A stretch of DNA of 61,344 bases, filler included, from Basidiobolus ranarum (lineage: Eukaryota), in assembly GCA_040143965.1 (NCBI GenBank). It is 10 parts of 10 records of this genome, joined end to end, with 100 filler letters (N's around TTAATTAATTAA, not from the genome) between each part and the next. Parts side by side here need not be neighbours in the genome. Positions count along the whole stretch, not along the records: positions 24,615 to 30,662 come from JASJQH010008303.1; positions 30,763 to 36,805 come from JASJQH010008304.1; positions 36,906 to 42,945 come from JASJQH010008305.1; 7 more parts are not named here. One strand, 5' to 3'. Position 1 is the stretch's first letter; each line of letters begins with the position of its first letter. Shown piece after piece: positions 27,090-39,866 of this stretch. A program made the position numbers and the translations under genes. The notes under the pieces were generated by a model. The model saw only the letters and a list, made by a program, of their open reading frames with translations, was not told the DNA's origin and made no database searches.

Positions 27090-27430
27090 CTACTTCCTAG
27101 ATAGAAATTGTGGTTCTGTAAGATCCATTTTCTACGTCAATAATGTAATTTCAGTCAGTTGGTGTATACTTTACAAATCCAATTGAGGCTCTCTATTACC
27201 ACGGCATGTCCGTATAAATCACAGTCGGGGTACGCAGATTGAATAACAACGATAGAGAAGGCGACGCTAAGTAGAGACTACCCAGATGTCAGTGTTCCTG
27301 GCACTTTCAGGCCGAGTTCTAAGGCTACCTAATAGGATCACACCTCTATTGACAGTAAATGTAGGTAAGGATATGTAACTATCGGGCCAATCAGTGCATT
27401 GGCCATTGCAGAAGAGAAACTGGAAAGGAG
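27090..27430 (-). pseudogene. Decayed tandem paralog of the CHAP gene
   Basis: Manual translation across frames gives PFQFLFCNGQCTDWPD..WVVST*, SIVVIQSAYPDCDLYGHAVVIESLN, D*NYIIDVENGSYRTT and NFYLG. These are colinear with the intact gene's PLQFRFHNGQCTDWAD, SIIAIQPGYQGCDSYGHVAVVESIN, DWNYIINGKGGPYITT and NFYLG. Confidence 0.88.
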
Positions 27431-28807
27431 AGGCGTAGAGGACAGTGAGGGCTAGGGTATAAGCCAGCTACTTCGATGTTTTTGGAAAGCAAAGAGATGA
27501 TGGGTCCTGCCGAAGTTGTGAGAGGATTCAGCGAAAAAAACTAAGGAATCTACGGTAACCAAATTGGCACATGATAAGAAGGCCATATATGTATTAGTAC
27601 AAAATGCAGTTGGATAATTATTCCACTCCGCCAACACCGCTTCAATGGCAATGTAATATTCAGTAAGGTGGCCTTTGATCTCTGGTCTCTCTCCTTATTT
27701 TGGAACCAGCTCATGTTTCAACATACATAGAGATTCGTTGATTGGATCATGATTTGAGTGATAGTTTCAATCCGATTTTAGGGAGATCTACAGTTGGGCC
27801 AGCTGTTGGAAACCCTAGGTCACAGATATCTATCGAAGCTAGCTCAAAAAATTGGCATAGCTCTGAGATCTTCTTCCAAACTCGGTATCGAAGCTCTTTC
27901 TGATCAAGAATCTAGACTCTGCACTGTCAAGCTCTAAATAAAAACAGTCTCTAAAAGTGATTACAAACTATATAGATTTTCTAGTGATAATGGCTACCGA
28001 TGGGGAAATAAATAGATACTGGTGAATACTAGAAACAACCTTGGAAGCATCCACGGAGCCCCTTACTACAGAGTTATCTCTGCCAGTACTTTGTATATAT
28101 ATCTAAGACCCTGTGCACTACTTTGTGAGTGAATGGTAACTCAACGAATCGTACTGTTTACCAACTATTGTTAGGAGATTTGGTAAGCGATGATTGTATC
28201 TACTCATCATAGAATGATTGGGACAAACTCCGGTTTGCGCAATTTTATTTGGGATTGATGTATTCAGAAGAATATAACAGTTCGTTCCTTTCTTCAAACA
28301 GGGATATTGGAGACTTGTCATACTCATCTGGTGACCGATGTTTAGTAAGTATCCTGCTTCTTTACATTACCGTCTTCAGAGAAGCAATCATCAGTAAACA
28401 AAGAGAGCAGCGAGCTCTGTGACTACTTCAGGAATTCATATTCGAATATCGCAAGAATTAGGGAGAAATGCGAGAATTTCATGACTGGAGGAGTTTGAGA
28501 GAAGAGAAATTGAGCTTGCGAGATGTTTGCTCATAGTTAGAAAAGAAGGTATACACTTCTCAAGCACACATGGCCACAACGTATGGGATTAGCTTAAGAA
28601 TATCTGTGAGAGTGTATGAGCAGCGGGAAGGGAGAGGAAGAGCAACAATATTTGTAATCATTATACATTCATAAAACCCAGCGGAAATGTTTAGGATCTC
28701 AATAAATTCCTTCCCTTGATATTGCACTCCAAGTATCCAAGATTTCTGGCGAGTCGTAGCGTGTCGTAGATGTTGTGCTCAATGTTGGCATTGCTACATG
28801 AACATAA

Positions 28808-29250
28808 ATGAAAGATTCTTTTACTGGACTAGTATATTCGTACGGACTGGCACAGGCGCCCCGCTTCAATGGAGTAACATGTGGCAACTATACATTAACA
28901 CCGCCTCAGCTATTCAGCTCACTTTCTGCTCCATGTTCCTTCAACATACACGTTGCCTTAATGGGTTACATCTACTCTACGCTGGAGTCAATACTAGGTT
29001 AAGTCTTAATCACATTGGGCTTAGTGTGTATGGCTAGCAATATGCTATGGAACGAAACAGCCCAGCTATGTTGCCAACACCAAGCGACGTGTGGTAATAC
29101 ACGATATCTTGCTGCAAAGACTTAGGCTTCTACAATATGTGCAACCAGTGAATAATGTTGCTAAGAAGTTGAATCTGAACTGCATGTACGGTAGTAGCGA
29201 GTGCTGAGCATATCAACTCTGGAGATACTTTAAATGTTACATTGATATAT
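28808..29250 (+). pseudogene. Possible decayed LysM-like small protein gene
   Basis: Fragments CCQHQATCGNTRYLAAKT*AST, KKLNLNC and INSGDTLNVT resemble the fungal LysM pattern (HxVxxGDTCYxIA...NxxLNC..LxxGxxLxV). Interrupted by stops and frameshifts. Confidence 0.3.
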
Positions 29251-29855
29251 AATACTACTTGCTACAATAAATACTCATTTCATCAAGATCCATGTTATGT
29301 GGATTACTATCTGGCGCAATTCTCCTTTTAAGTACTAATTTGCTTTTTTCAATATGAGTAGAAGTTCCCTCCCTATAATCACCACATAAATCTGTCCACC
29401 AGATTGGATAAGCTTCAACTTATATGATAGTGTGTAAATGAGGAAATGAGATGTAGTGGCGCTTAGCTCTTTGATGCTCTTTAACATTGAAAAGTCGAGA
29501 AAGAATGCATAGGATAATATGAATACTTATCCAAAGTGAAAACAGCTATAGTATGAGTTACATATACAGTTTTTTTGAGAACAATATTTTTTCCTCAACA
29601 TTCTTTCATGTTTTATCCTCACTTAACATCCAGTTTATCTATTTGGCATGTATTGATAATGCATTAGTGCAAAGAATATGGCTCAAAAGAGTAGCGGCAT
29701 AGATGGATTTCATATTATTCAGATGAGTGCAAGATGTAGGGAGATGAAAAGCACCAGGTGGTGTGGACTTTATTTAGCTTATATATACTAATCTAAACAA
29801 AGTGACATTTAAGACAACAATCTTCTAAGATATTGTGATAGTACAAGATATTTTC

Positions 29856-30070
29856 TGTTGGGAATTCTCAGGGAGAATGGAAGTGAAATGGATTGTGATA
29901 AGAAAGTATGGTTTTCACTTGCTGGTTTATTAGCTAGAACTTTGGTATTTATACTTTGGTCATAAATACCATAAACTCATGATGGGGCCATAGTGAAAAA
30001 TATGTCAGAATACTGTGTACCAAGTTTGGGGGCTTTAGGGAAACTTTCAAATTTCTTCTAAATTTCAACA
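29856..30070 (-). repeat. Short LTR, family C
   Basis: On the minus strand it reads TGTTGAAATTTAG...TATAAATA...CACTTCCATTCTCCCTGAGAATTCCCAACA, with TG..CA termini. It lies downstream of, and co-oriented with, the minus-strand RNase H fragment. Confidence 0.65.
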
Positions 30071-30092
30071 TCTTGGACATCAATAAACAGAA

Positions 30093-30440
30093 TGTTGAAA
30101 TTAGCATTGCCTAAGCACCTATATAGTCATATATAACTTAGTACTTAGTTATCTTATAGTTCACTAAGATATTATCAATTATTCTCAATTGGAATTTACT
30201 TAGAATATTTTTACCAACTTAGAAGTTCTCAGATATACAGATTTTTCAAACTTGTGCTAGAAGCCCCAAACTCAGCACACATGTTCCTGGGACCTTCCTT
30301 ATCACATTCTACATGTTAATTTGTTTACATCTTGACAAAACAATAAATGTAAACTTACTACTCAATAAATCAATAAGTGAGAACCACCAATTCCTCTAAT
30401 TCTCCAAACCACTTCCAACGGGCTCCCAAATACTTTAACA
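30093..30440 (+). repeat. Full-length LTR, family B
   Basis: TGTTGAAATTAGC...AAATACTTTAACA. Homologous to 10146-10270 and, inverted, to 50957-51270. Confidence 0.9.
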
Positions 30441-30662
30441 GAAACTAATCATATTAAAGGTCTAAATTTCTCAAATTTCTGTCTAGCTAATGGTTTGGTT
30501 AATATATCAGCAATCATATCTTCTGTAGAACAATAAGTTAAGTCATTAAACTTATTCTCTATAGTCTCTCTAAAGAAGTATTGCTTAATATCTATATGTT
30601 TGTTCCTATTATGAAACATGGGATTTTTAGCTAATTTGATACAACTTTGATTATCTTGAAAT
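30441..30662 (-). mobile_element. Copia RNase H C-terminal fragment
   Basis: FQDNQSCIKLAKNPMFHNRNKHIDIKQYFFRE..YCSTEDMIADILTKPL. Confidence 0.92.
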
Positions 30663-31611
30663 NNNNNNNNNNNNNNNNNNNNNNNNNNNNNNNNNNNNNN
30701 NNNNNNTTAATTAATTAANNNNNNNNNNNNNNNNNNNNNNNNNNNNNNNNNNNNNNNNNNNNAAAAAGTAAATACTTATGCGATTCAGTTTTATACAATG
30801 CTTTGGCATCCATTATACCTGAGGTAACAGTTCCGGTCGATTCAGCCTCAATTGCTGAACGAGTCCAAGTAATACTTTCACCTCTCTGAACGCCAAAAAG
30901 CCTGGTATATAAGGCAAGTCGACCTCAACTTCCTGAAAATCCTCGTATATTACCTGATATCCATATATATGTATGTGTTATTATGCTTGACAAGGTAATA
31001 CCAATTGAGCCTCTAGTTATTTCACCTTTAGACTAGGATATTCTAATATCACTAAACCTGCAAGTGCTAGGCGATCATTGTCTGTTGGGAAACTCAAATC
31101 TACTCCACCTACTAATCGAAGTCCTTCGACTTGCCCTTGGAAATTTAGTTGAATATCTGAAAGGTCATCAGTTAGAACTAATTTCTGACGCAACTCGATT
31201 TGCTCTCTACAGAAATTAAAGAGTCAACACTTTTCCATTTGTGATACACCTTCTTTGGATATTTATCCAACAATAAATATATGTAACACGTACTTTTTCC
31301 ACAAATCTTTTAGTGTTTCATCTGGTATAGGTAAAGAATAGGTGATTTTGGTAGCCGACATTGCCTTTGATATTGCATAACAGTTAGTCTTGCGTATAGC
31401 GTCTTTTAGTAGTAAACTGACTTGAATATAATCAGATGATTTGATCATTATTGGTCATCAGATAGAAAATTAAAGGGGTATGAATTTTTGTACACTGGGA
31501 TTTTTAATATTACTTTTATCATTACCTCACACATAGTGGTTAACAAATAAACAAGTTAAAGGAGGCAAAAATCAGGGAATTGATTGTTAACATGAAGATG
31601 ACTCCTATTAT

Positions 31612-32166
31612 TCAATAAAAATCCATATTACTCCAATAGGTGCTGTTGTAATTCTCCAGCAGTTCAGGTCGTTGTTTGTATTTTAATTGCCAATCAGTGA
31701 AGCCACCACGAAGAATAAAGACTTCCTGATTGCTAACGTTTCCTCTCTCCTGCAAAGCTTCATTATAGATCCTAGCCGATTTAGGTCCGCGAACTTGTGA
31801 TAAAGCGCAGTGGAAAAATATTTTTGGTACCGCCTGGTATCTGTCTATCAAGTCATCAGCACGTTCAGCAATTTCGTGAGCAGGTATATTGATAGCGTTG
31901 GGAATATTTCCATTCTATTTTTGGTATATTTAGAGAGGCCATATCATCAAACATAACCTTCAAAAATTCTTGGAAATAAACGTACTTGAAAATCTTCATC
32001 ACGAACATCCACAACCAAATAGTCTTTACTAAAGAAATAACGTATATAAGAAAGGTATCGCATTCTTAGGATATATGGAAAGGAGGAAATACCCTGGAGT
32101 TAAAGACTTATTCAAGACGAATTGGGCGAGCTCGTCATTGCTAACATAAGGAATAGTACTGGACAT
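31612..32166 (-). CDS. Small Cdc25/rhodanese-fold phosphatase or arsenate reductase (Ibp1/Ych1/Acr2-like); 3 exons (32166-32093, 32028-31986, 31914-31612), ~139 aa
   Basis: Spliced product contains YLVVDVRDEDF, GNIPNAINIPA, the active-site CX5R loop HCALSQVRGP, and ILRGGF. Two GT-AG introns keep the frame. Confidence 0.9.
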
Positions 32167-32837
32167 CTTTACAAGGTAAAAAGTTTTAATACTGTCATCG
32201 CAAAGTATAAAACTATAACGCTTACCTTTCAAGTAAGTGGTGAGAACAGGTACAATAATGTAGGGCGAAAGGTTCACGCTTAATCTCTACTCCATCTAAT
32301 CTTGCTGATCACCAGCTATGTGTATGATTGGCAACCCAAGTTACCTGAGATATTGAATCATAAATCACGTGAATGGTACAATCTATACGAGATATGTATT
32401 CGTAATATTATATTACAACCTGTAGTTAATAACTGCTTCGAGATTTACTTCAAATACTCTCGTAGAAAGGGAGTTGTAGGCAAGATTAGCGATAAGTAGT
32501 GGATACCATTCTAAAATTGCTCTGTATATTTATTCGATCAAATTCACGATCTCCACGAAGTCTTTTGAATTATTTTAGTAAGGGATGTTGTGTAGAATAC
32601 ATTATAAGTTCTCCCCACTGTCTTTCTCGGATCCAAACAGTAAAGCTAACTATAGTATTTATAACATTAGATTTCTATCATATGACATCTCATCAAATTT
32701 GTTCAATTCTTTAGTACGTTTACAGTGTTTATTCATTTGCCAACAGAAGTGAGATCTAGTGAAACAGGCAGCAAAGGATAGCGTGTTGCGAATATAAAAA
32801 CTATGCATGGCAGTGCTACGAATTAAGGGTAAATCAT

Positions 32838-34688
32838 TTAAATTCCAGGGACTCCTTTCCGTTCACGCTCATAGTATTTGGCAATGAGAAAGGCTATATC
32901 TAAGCTTTGCTCACAATTGAGACGAGGGTCGCAAAAGGTTTGATAGTTTTGAGAAAGATCATCATGATCAAGCTCCATGAATCCACCAATACATTCTATA
33001 AGCAAAGAGTATCATAAATATCGGTTCAGCTCAGGATTGATCCAAATGTATAAATACCTGTAACATGATCTCCGGTTAATTCAAGGTGAATGCCATTTAG
33101 CTGGTTGTTATGTTCTTTGTGAATGCGGATAGACTTGCTAATCTCCTGGATAATGTTATTAAAGTTACGAGTCTTCACCCCGGAGGAGCTCTGTTCGGTG
33201 CTAATAACGTACGAGAGTGATGAGAATTGAGTTCAATGTAGTATATCAACATAAGGTTACGTACTTTCCATGCATGGGGTCACAGGCCCAGACAACTATG
33301 TGACCAGATTCTTGGACAGCTTTAATGTGGCCAGGAAGGTACTGGTCAATCTATGTCGAGAAAGGTCAGTTTGCGGTAAATAACAGAATCCAGAGAACGA
33401 CTTACTTTAGTTGCACTATATCTTGAGATCAGTGTGACTTTGCCAATTTCTTTTCTGGGATTAACAATGTTCAACAATCTGACGAGTTCTTCGTTCTCCA
33501 TGCTTGGACCGACTTTGATACCAATAGGGTTTTCGATACCAGAGAAGTACTCAACATGAGCTCCGTCTATTTGCCTTGTTCTATCACCAATCCAAAGGAA
33601 ATGTGAACTAGTATTGTACCATTTTCTACCACCATTTATAGGGTCAGGCAAGAATCGTGTAAGAGCCTCCTCAAATGGAAGCATCAGCCCCTCATGAGAC
33701 ATGAACAAATCAACACTGCTGAGTGAGGAAGATGCCTGGGGTTGATCAGCACCAATCACTTGCATATAATTAAGGGCATCAGTTAACCGATTAATGATTG
33801 TTTGATACTCCTCACGAACAGCAGTCGAGTTGATGTACTGTATATCCCACTCTGCAGGGCGATGAAGATCGGCAAATCCTGAATTAAGGATAGAGCGTAC
33901 ATAGTTCATAGTGGCAGCAGAATGGAAGTATGCGCTAAATTCGAACGTTAGTTATAAGTATAAACGCTTGGGATGATGAACAATCCATACCTAACTAATC
34001 TTTCAGGATCTGGTTTACGATCGCTGGGACTATAACCATTGATGTTATCGCCTCTATTTTTTAAATGTTAGTTAAAAATCAAAAAGGTAGACATGTTGCT
34101 TCTAGTACCTGAAGGAATAAATCTCTTCGCCTTCGTGTAATTCGGTTGGCTTAGAGCGAGGTTTGGCATACTAAATCAATAAAACCATGAATACGTAGAT
34201 TCTCCAGCAAAGTGTTTGCAAGTAGTAGTACCTGGCCGGCCATTCTAGCAATTCTCACGACTGGGATTCTAGCTCCCCAGGTCAATACCAAACTCATTTG
34301 TAACAGAATTTTAAGCTTGTTTTCAATAGGTTCCTAAATAAATTATGATGTTAAAACCCCATATAGAGCATGAAAGTTGGGTAAAGCTACTTGCCTGTGA
34401 ACAATAATCAAAGGACTCAGCACAATCACCACCTTGTAAAAGAAAAGCTTTACCCAAGGCAACATCTTTGAGCTGCTCTCTGAGTGTTTGAATCTACAAG
34501 AAAACGTTAGCTTAGCTGGGGCTTTTCAAAAGTTGTTGGTAGAATAATACCTCTCGGGGACAAACTAGAGGAGGTAAATGTGCTAATTTGCCCAATACTT
34601 GTTGAACCTTCTCTTCGTCCTCATATGCAACATCCTGTGTTACTGGCTTTTTTCTCCAGGAGGAAGGAGTCCAGGTACTTTCAGCCAT
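32838..34688 (-). CDS. Class II DAHP synthase (3-deoxy-7-phosphoheptulonate synthase); 9 exons
   Basis: WTPSSWR, LLQGGDCAESF, RMAGQ|YAKPRS, SHEGL, HFLWIGDRTRQIDGAHVEYF, NPIGIKVGP, CDPMHGN, GIHLELTG, CDPRLN. Eight short introns reconstructed by hand. Confidence 0.96.
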
Positions 34689-36036
34689 ATTATTGATATT
34701 CAAATATACTCGACTAAACAAAAGTGGCAAAGAAATGCTATGGTGTAGTGACAACCAACAATTCTTCTGATGTGTTCAAATGGCCGGGTGACCTTTTTTA
34801 TATGTCTGGAGAAAACTGAATGAGATTATTATAACAAATAGATACATGATGTATATATTGCAAAGCTAATTGACACAATCCCGCCTTTGAACATGTAATT
34901 CGGATGATTCATAATGGCGCAAGGATCAAAAAGGCATAGTTTCAACCAAAGTATCCAAATATCCACCCATAAGAATGGTCGATGATTACATTGACTGATT
35001 TAAAATATCAGAATCTACCCAAGTTGTTCATATTGATCGAATCCAGTGCGAGGATTGTTACCAAAAATGGGAAGCAACCAATCTAAGAGTATACCATCAA
35101 ATTACTCCTGGGATTGGCCAATTACATTTCCGATACAGCACTCTAAAGCCAGTTACATTATTACTCGACAAATCTACCACATTGAAGCAGACAATGAATA
35201 TTCCTTCGAATCACATTGGTTACAATTCGGATGACTTAGGATGAGTCGAATACTCTTGCTCTTAGTCCTTGTTAATCATATTCCTCATTAATCTATACGT
35301 ACATGATTGTGCCTTTCAATTGGCAGTGCTATTGTGGGAACGTGGTATTACGCTTACTGCTAGGCTCTACAAAGATACTTCTACCAATGCGACCCTATGT
35401 TGCTACATCAGTTATTATCTAACCTGCACCGGGTAGCTAGGAACGCTTGATTAAATTGTTGTTCCTATATATAGTACACTAAATGGTGCCATGCAATCAT
35501 GCCAAACAAATCGTGGGTATTTGTTTAATACAATCATGGCTAACAATTGGCTAATCTTTGTTCAGGTTGAGGCCTCTTATGTAGCAATGTAGAGCTATCA
35601 CAGTACACAAGCGGTTGATCGTACTTGATGCTAGACAGGTGTTGGTTGACTCCATTTTAATACCGTTTATCCCATCAAATTCCTCAAAAATCGAGTTTGA
35701 GCTATTGACACAAGGCAATTGAATTTCCACTGCAAGTGTCTGGGCATATTTGTCACTAGTAGTAGAGTAGATAAATGAGCTTAGCCCTAACATGTTGACT
35801 GTTGCGACAGTATTGTTAATGAAAGTCTCCCCAGACCTCTCTAATGAGTTCTATTCTACAGTATCACGTCACTCAATATTCGCTCCAGACATGGCGGATA
35901 CAATGAACACTGAAAATCAATCTTTAAGTGAGACATAGTGACTTTATCTTCTTGCTTTGTGTTCTCCAATTTCTTATAGATGTAAACTTGTCACTTTAAT
36001 TATTTGAAGTAAAGAGTAATTGACAGTATTATGAAT

Positions 36037-36805
36037 CTAGCTAAATAGCATACTTGCAGCTACATCAGGATTACCGTTAGCAGCATCTAACGCAGCAATA
36101 GCTTCTTCTCTAGATATGCCTAAATTAGTAATTATCTGAATACTCTCTTCAGAGTATTTTGTTTGTTGCGTAGAAGATGGTTGCGAGGATGATGGCCCAG
36201 AAGCGGTCACATTTGGAAGCGGAGCAGACAACCCTGATATGTTAGTTCCGGGGATTGAAGGTCCAGTAGATTTGGTCTCTGTAACAGTTTCATCTTCACC
36301 AAAGTCTTTAGGTAGTTCATGTTCCGCGAGAAATGGAATCTCTCTATCGTTAATGATCAATGAATTGTTACGAAGATCAATGCAAGCCTATCAATAAGTT
36401 AATTAATGGTTGGAGACTGGATAGAGAGAAAGTAAGAACAAACCTGGTGCCGTCTCAACATATCCAGCCCAAACAGTAGATCCACTCCTTTTCCTTCCAT
36501 GACTGTGAAAGAGCATTGAAGGAAAAGGTCTGATCCTACTTTGAGTTGTGCGCTGTGCACACGACCAAGAATTTTTGCAGTTCCTACACCTTTTGCGATG
36601 CCGGCAAACCGCGTGTCTAATAAACGCATTAAGCTAATTATAATTAAAAGAAATGCTTTAGAAATTGTGTCGTTTTGATGATTCGGTTGAGGAGTTTGAA
36701 CTACATACCCACATGCTTGAGCACAATCCGGTGACACTAATAAGTTTAACATTAGTACATCTCATCTGTGATTACGAAGAATATACATAATAACTCACTG
36801 ATTGT
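36037..36805 (-). CDS. DDI1: DNA-damage-inducible aspartic protease/ubiquitin shuttle, 3' part
   Basis: [63 protein letters not shown], and a C-terminal UBA ([27 protein letters not shown]). Confidence 0.95.
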
Positions 36806-36905
36806 NNNNNNNNNNNNNNNNNNNNNNNNNNNNNNNNNNNNNNNNNNNNTTAATTAATTAANNNNNNNNNNNNNNNNNNNNNNNNNNNNNNNNNNNNNNN
36901 NNNNN

Positions 36906-37587
36906 TACCACTACGGAGAAGTATAGAGTTAGAATCATGGAGCTACCGTAAGTGATAGTAAAGGGAAGACGCTCTTTAGAGAAAATATGACGGAAGTGTG
37001 AGGTAGGCCCTTTTAAGAGGGCGAAACTATAAAGTTCATGAGATCTGAGTTAAGATTAATGTCGAAGGAAATAGATTTGGATAGTAAGCACCTAGCCATC
37101 AGCAAAATACTACCCATAGTGAAGGCAAGAGCAAATTTTTGAGGCCGAATAACAATTATAGGAATAGTAAAGAACGCCTTGGTAAAAGTTAATGAATATA
37201 CCAATATAGCACCTAAACAAACTGTCTGTACTCACCACAGTAAAGCATAATAGACCAACTGCTACGCATATGAAGAAACCTACCCAACGCTATTGTAAGC
37301 CAAGAATCGTTGTTAAACCTGACTACACGAATTTTTTGTAATACTGGTTATTAGTTTACCTGCCAATAATTCAACGTAAACCAACTGGGCTCCTGTTGAG
37401 CTTGATTTAGAGGAAGATAACCTTGTGCGGTATTTCTCATATTCGAAAATAAAGAGCCGGTGGAATCAGTGAATCGCGACCAAGTAGATGTTTCACTCTG
37501 CTCTTGAGTAGCTCCTGTCGGAAAGCCAGTTGAATCAACATTAAGAAAGCGAAAAGATTCTGCAAAGGGTCGATTTGTTGAAGTCAT
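36906..37587 (-). CDS. SFT2: Got1/Sft2-family vesicle transport membrane protein, 5' part (truncated at contig edge)
   Basis: Spliced exons: [56 protein letters not shown]. Confidence 0.9.
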
Positions 37588-37961
37588 ACTGCTAAAGTGT
37601 ATACTATTTAAGACTAAAGGCTTGGACAGAAAGAAAGGATACTTTGAATATTAAGGCTTGTGTCGAACATTCATATTTGTATAGCCTCCTTTTCGTTTAC
37701 TGAATTGTAACCTATTTATTTGTATATTGAATACCTATGGCCAATTGGTTATTTCCTGAGCATAGAATCTAACCATAAACTTCCACGTGACAATACAGAT
37801 AAATACTTCAGTTAAGCCAAAAAACTCAATAGGTACAAAAGGATTAGTAATAAAGCCTTATCTAAGAAAATCCCTGAAATATATAAATTTCTGTAATAAA
37901 TTATTTTGACGAGTGACACGTACAAAGTGTTCTTTGACTTTTCATAAATCGAAACTTACAA

Positions 37962-39307
37962 ATGCCATATGCTCAAGTAATACAAATGTCTACTTACTCT
38001 CTATGCACCAAATGTTTAATCGGCTTGAATGTATTATATAGCTCGTTATTGGTCCTCCTGGTTCAGGAAAGACCACGTATTGTAATGGTATGCAACAATT
38101 CTTAACAGCGCTCGGAAGGTATAATTTTTTTCACCTCAACACAAATTTATTTGAACCGAGCCTAAATTACTCTATGCTGATAATAAACAGAAAAGTAGCT
38201 ATTGTAAACCTTGATCCAGCCAACGATTTCGTACCGTACAAATGCGATATCAACATTGCAGACCTAATCACTTTAGAAGACGCTATGGAGAACTTAAATC
38301 TGGGGCCCAACGGAGGAATGATGTACTGCATAGAATATTTAGAAAAAAACTTAGATTGGCTTGTTGAAGAATGTAAAAAGTTCCCTGGTAGGCCTACGTC
38401 ACTTGATCTATGTTGTTTTGTATTGCAAGAGTCTAATTGAATGACTATATGTCTCCCTAGATCATTATTTTCTTTTTGATTTCCCTGGACAAGTCGAACT
38501 TTATACACATAATTCAGCGGTGAAGAACATTGTAGATAAATTACAGAAGCTTGATTTTAGGGTAAAGTACCTTCATCGTTGAGGACTGGTTAGTTTGAAA
38601 ATGATGTCCTAAACATATACTTGCAGTTGGTTGCGGTTCATTTAGTGGATGCTCATTACTGTACAGACCCTACAAAGTATATCTCGGTGCTTTTACTCTC
38701 GTTGAAGACGATGGTCATGCTGGAGCTTCCTCATATCAATGTTCTTTCCAAAATGGATTTGATCGAGGCTTATGGAAAGCTAGGTATGTATCTCACTAAG
38801 TAACTGCTGAATAACAAGGCAATTACAGGACTGATAATAATGCTATCTAGCCTTCAGCCTTGATTTTTACACCGAAGTCATGAACTTGGAGTATCTGTTA
38901 GACCATTTGAACCAAGATGCTTTCGGTCAACGCTTTGCTGAACTCAACAAAGCATTGTGTGAATTGATTGAAGATTTCAACTTGGTTGGGTTCTACACAC
39001 TCTGCATTGAGGTACGTATCAGCACTTTTACGCAGGTTACTTTCGCCTAGAAATACTCAACGCAGTATATGTTTAGGACAAAGCCTCGGTAACAAATCTC
39101 TTGCGCGTGATCGACAAAGCGAATGGATACGTGTTTGGCGGATTGGAAGATGGAAATGAAAGTATTATGCTAACCGCTATGAGATCAGGAACCGGCTACC
39201 AAGAGGATATATTCGATGTTCAAGAAAAGTATATTGATTTTAAAGACTATTATAAGGAGATGGGGTTGGATGAAACCATTCGAGAAACCAATCCACCTCC
39301 TGAATAA
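37962..39307 (+). CDS. GPN2: GPN-loop GTPase 2 (multi-exon)
   Basis: [72 protein letters not shown]. Confidence 0.95.
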
Positions 39308-39866
39308 GTCTATGAGTACTCTCTTCGGTTCTTTGTATCGTTACATCTATCTCTTGCACTTTTCTATATATATTTATATATATTCTAAATACAGAATTTT
39401 ATGTCTTGATTAATTGCTTTTTAAAGATATAGACCGCATTTGTCAACCATTGAAAATATTGAATATAAAGACTTTGTACACCATAGATTTGTCCCTCCCT
39501 CTATTCATTATATTTAATGACTGAGCAGTGTATGTATCCAACGAGGGGCTATTTACTGACTGGCGTGGATTACACTAGAACAATTCATAAACCCATTCAA
39601 CAGTTTCAATCGCAAATGTTTACTCTGTCGGCTTCGTAATTCATTATAGTTCACATCACAAATATCATTGAAGAAAAATAGTTCAGTGTATAGCTGATTT
39701 GCGTAAAATTTTAAAAAATGAGCCCTGACTCGGATGCTTAACTCAGTTGGTGCACATGGCTAAGTACCCTGGTAATACGAATATTTTTGCCTGGTTACAT
39801 ACACTCCGATGAGTTTTTTCAAAGTCCAGAAATTATCGCAGGTTCATTCATATTTCTGACCAGCCA

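Noticed and set aside
31612-34688. Class II DAHP synthase as a marker of a secondary-metabolite cluster or recent HGT
   Set aside because: Eight spliceosomal introns and housekeeping neighbours (DDI1, small phosphatase); class II enzymes are known in fungi.
37588-37961. CCACGTG / TGACACGT motifs in the divergent SFT2-GPN2 promoter
   Set aside because: Short motifs expected by chance; no conservation data to support a regulatory role.
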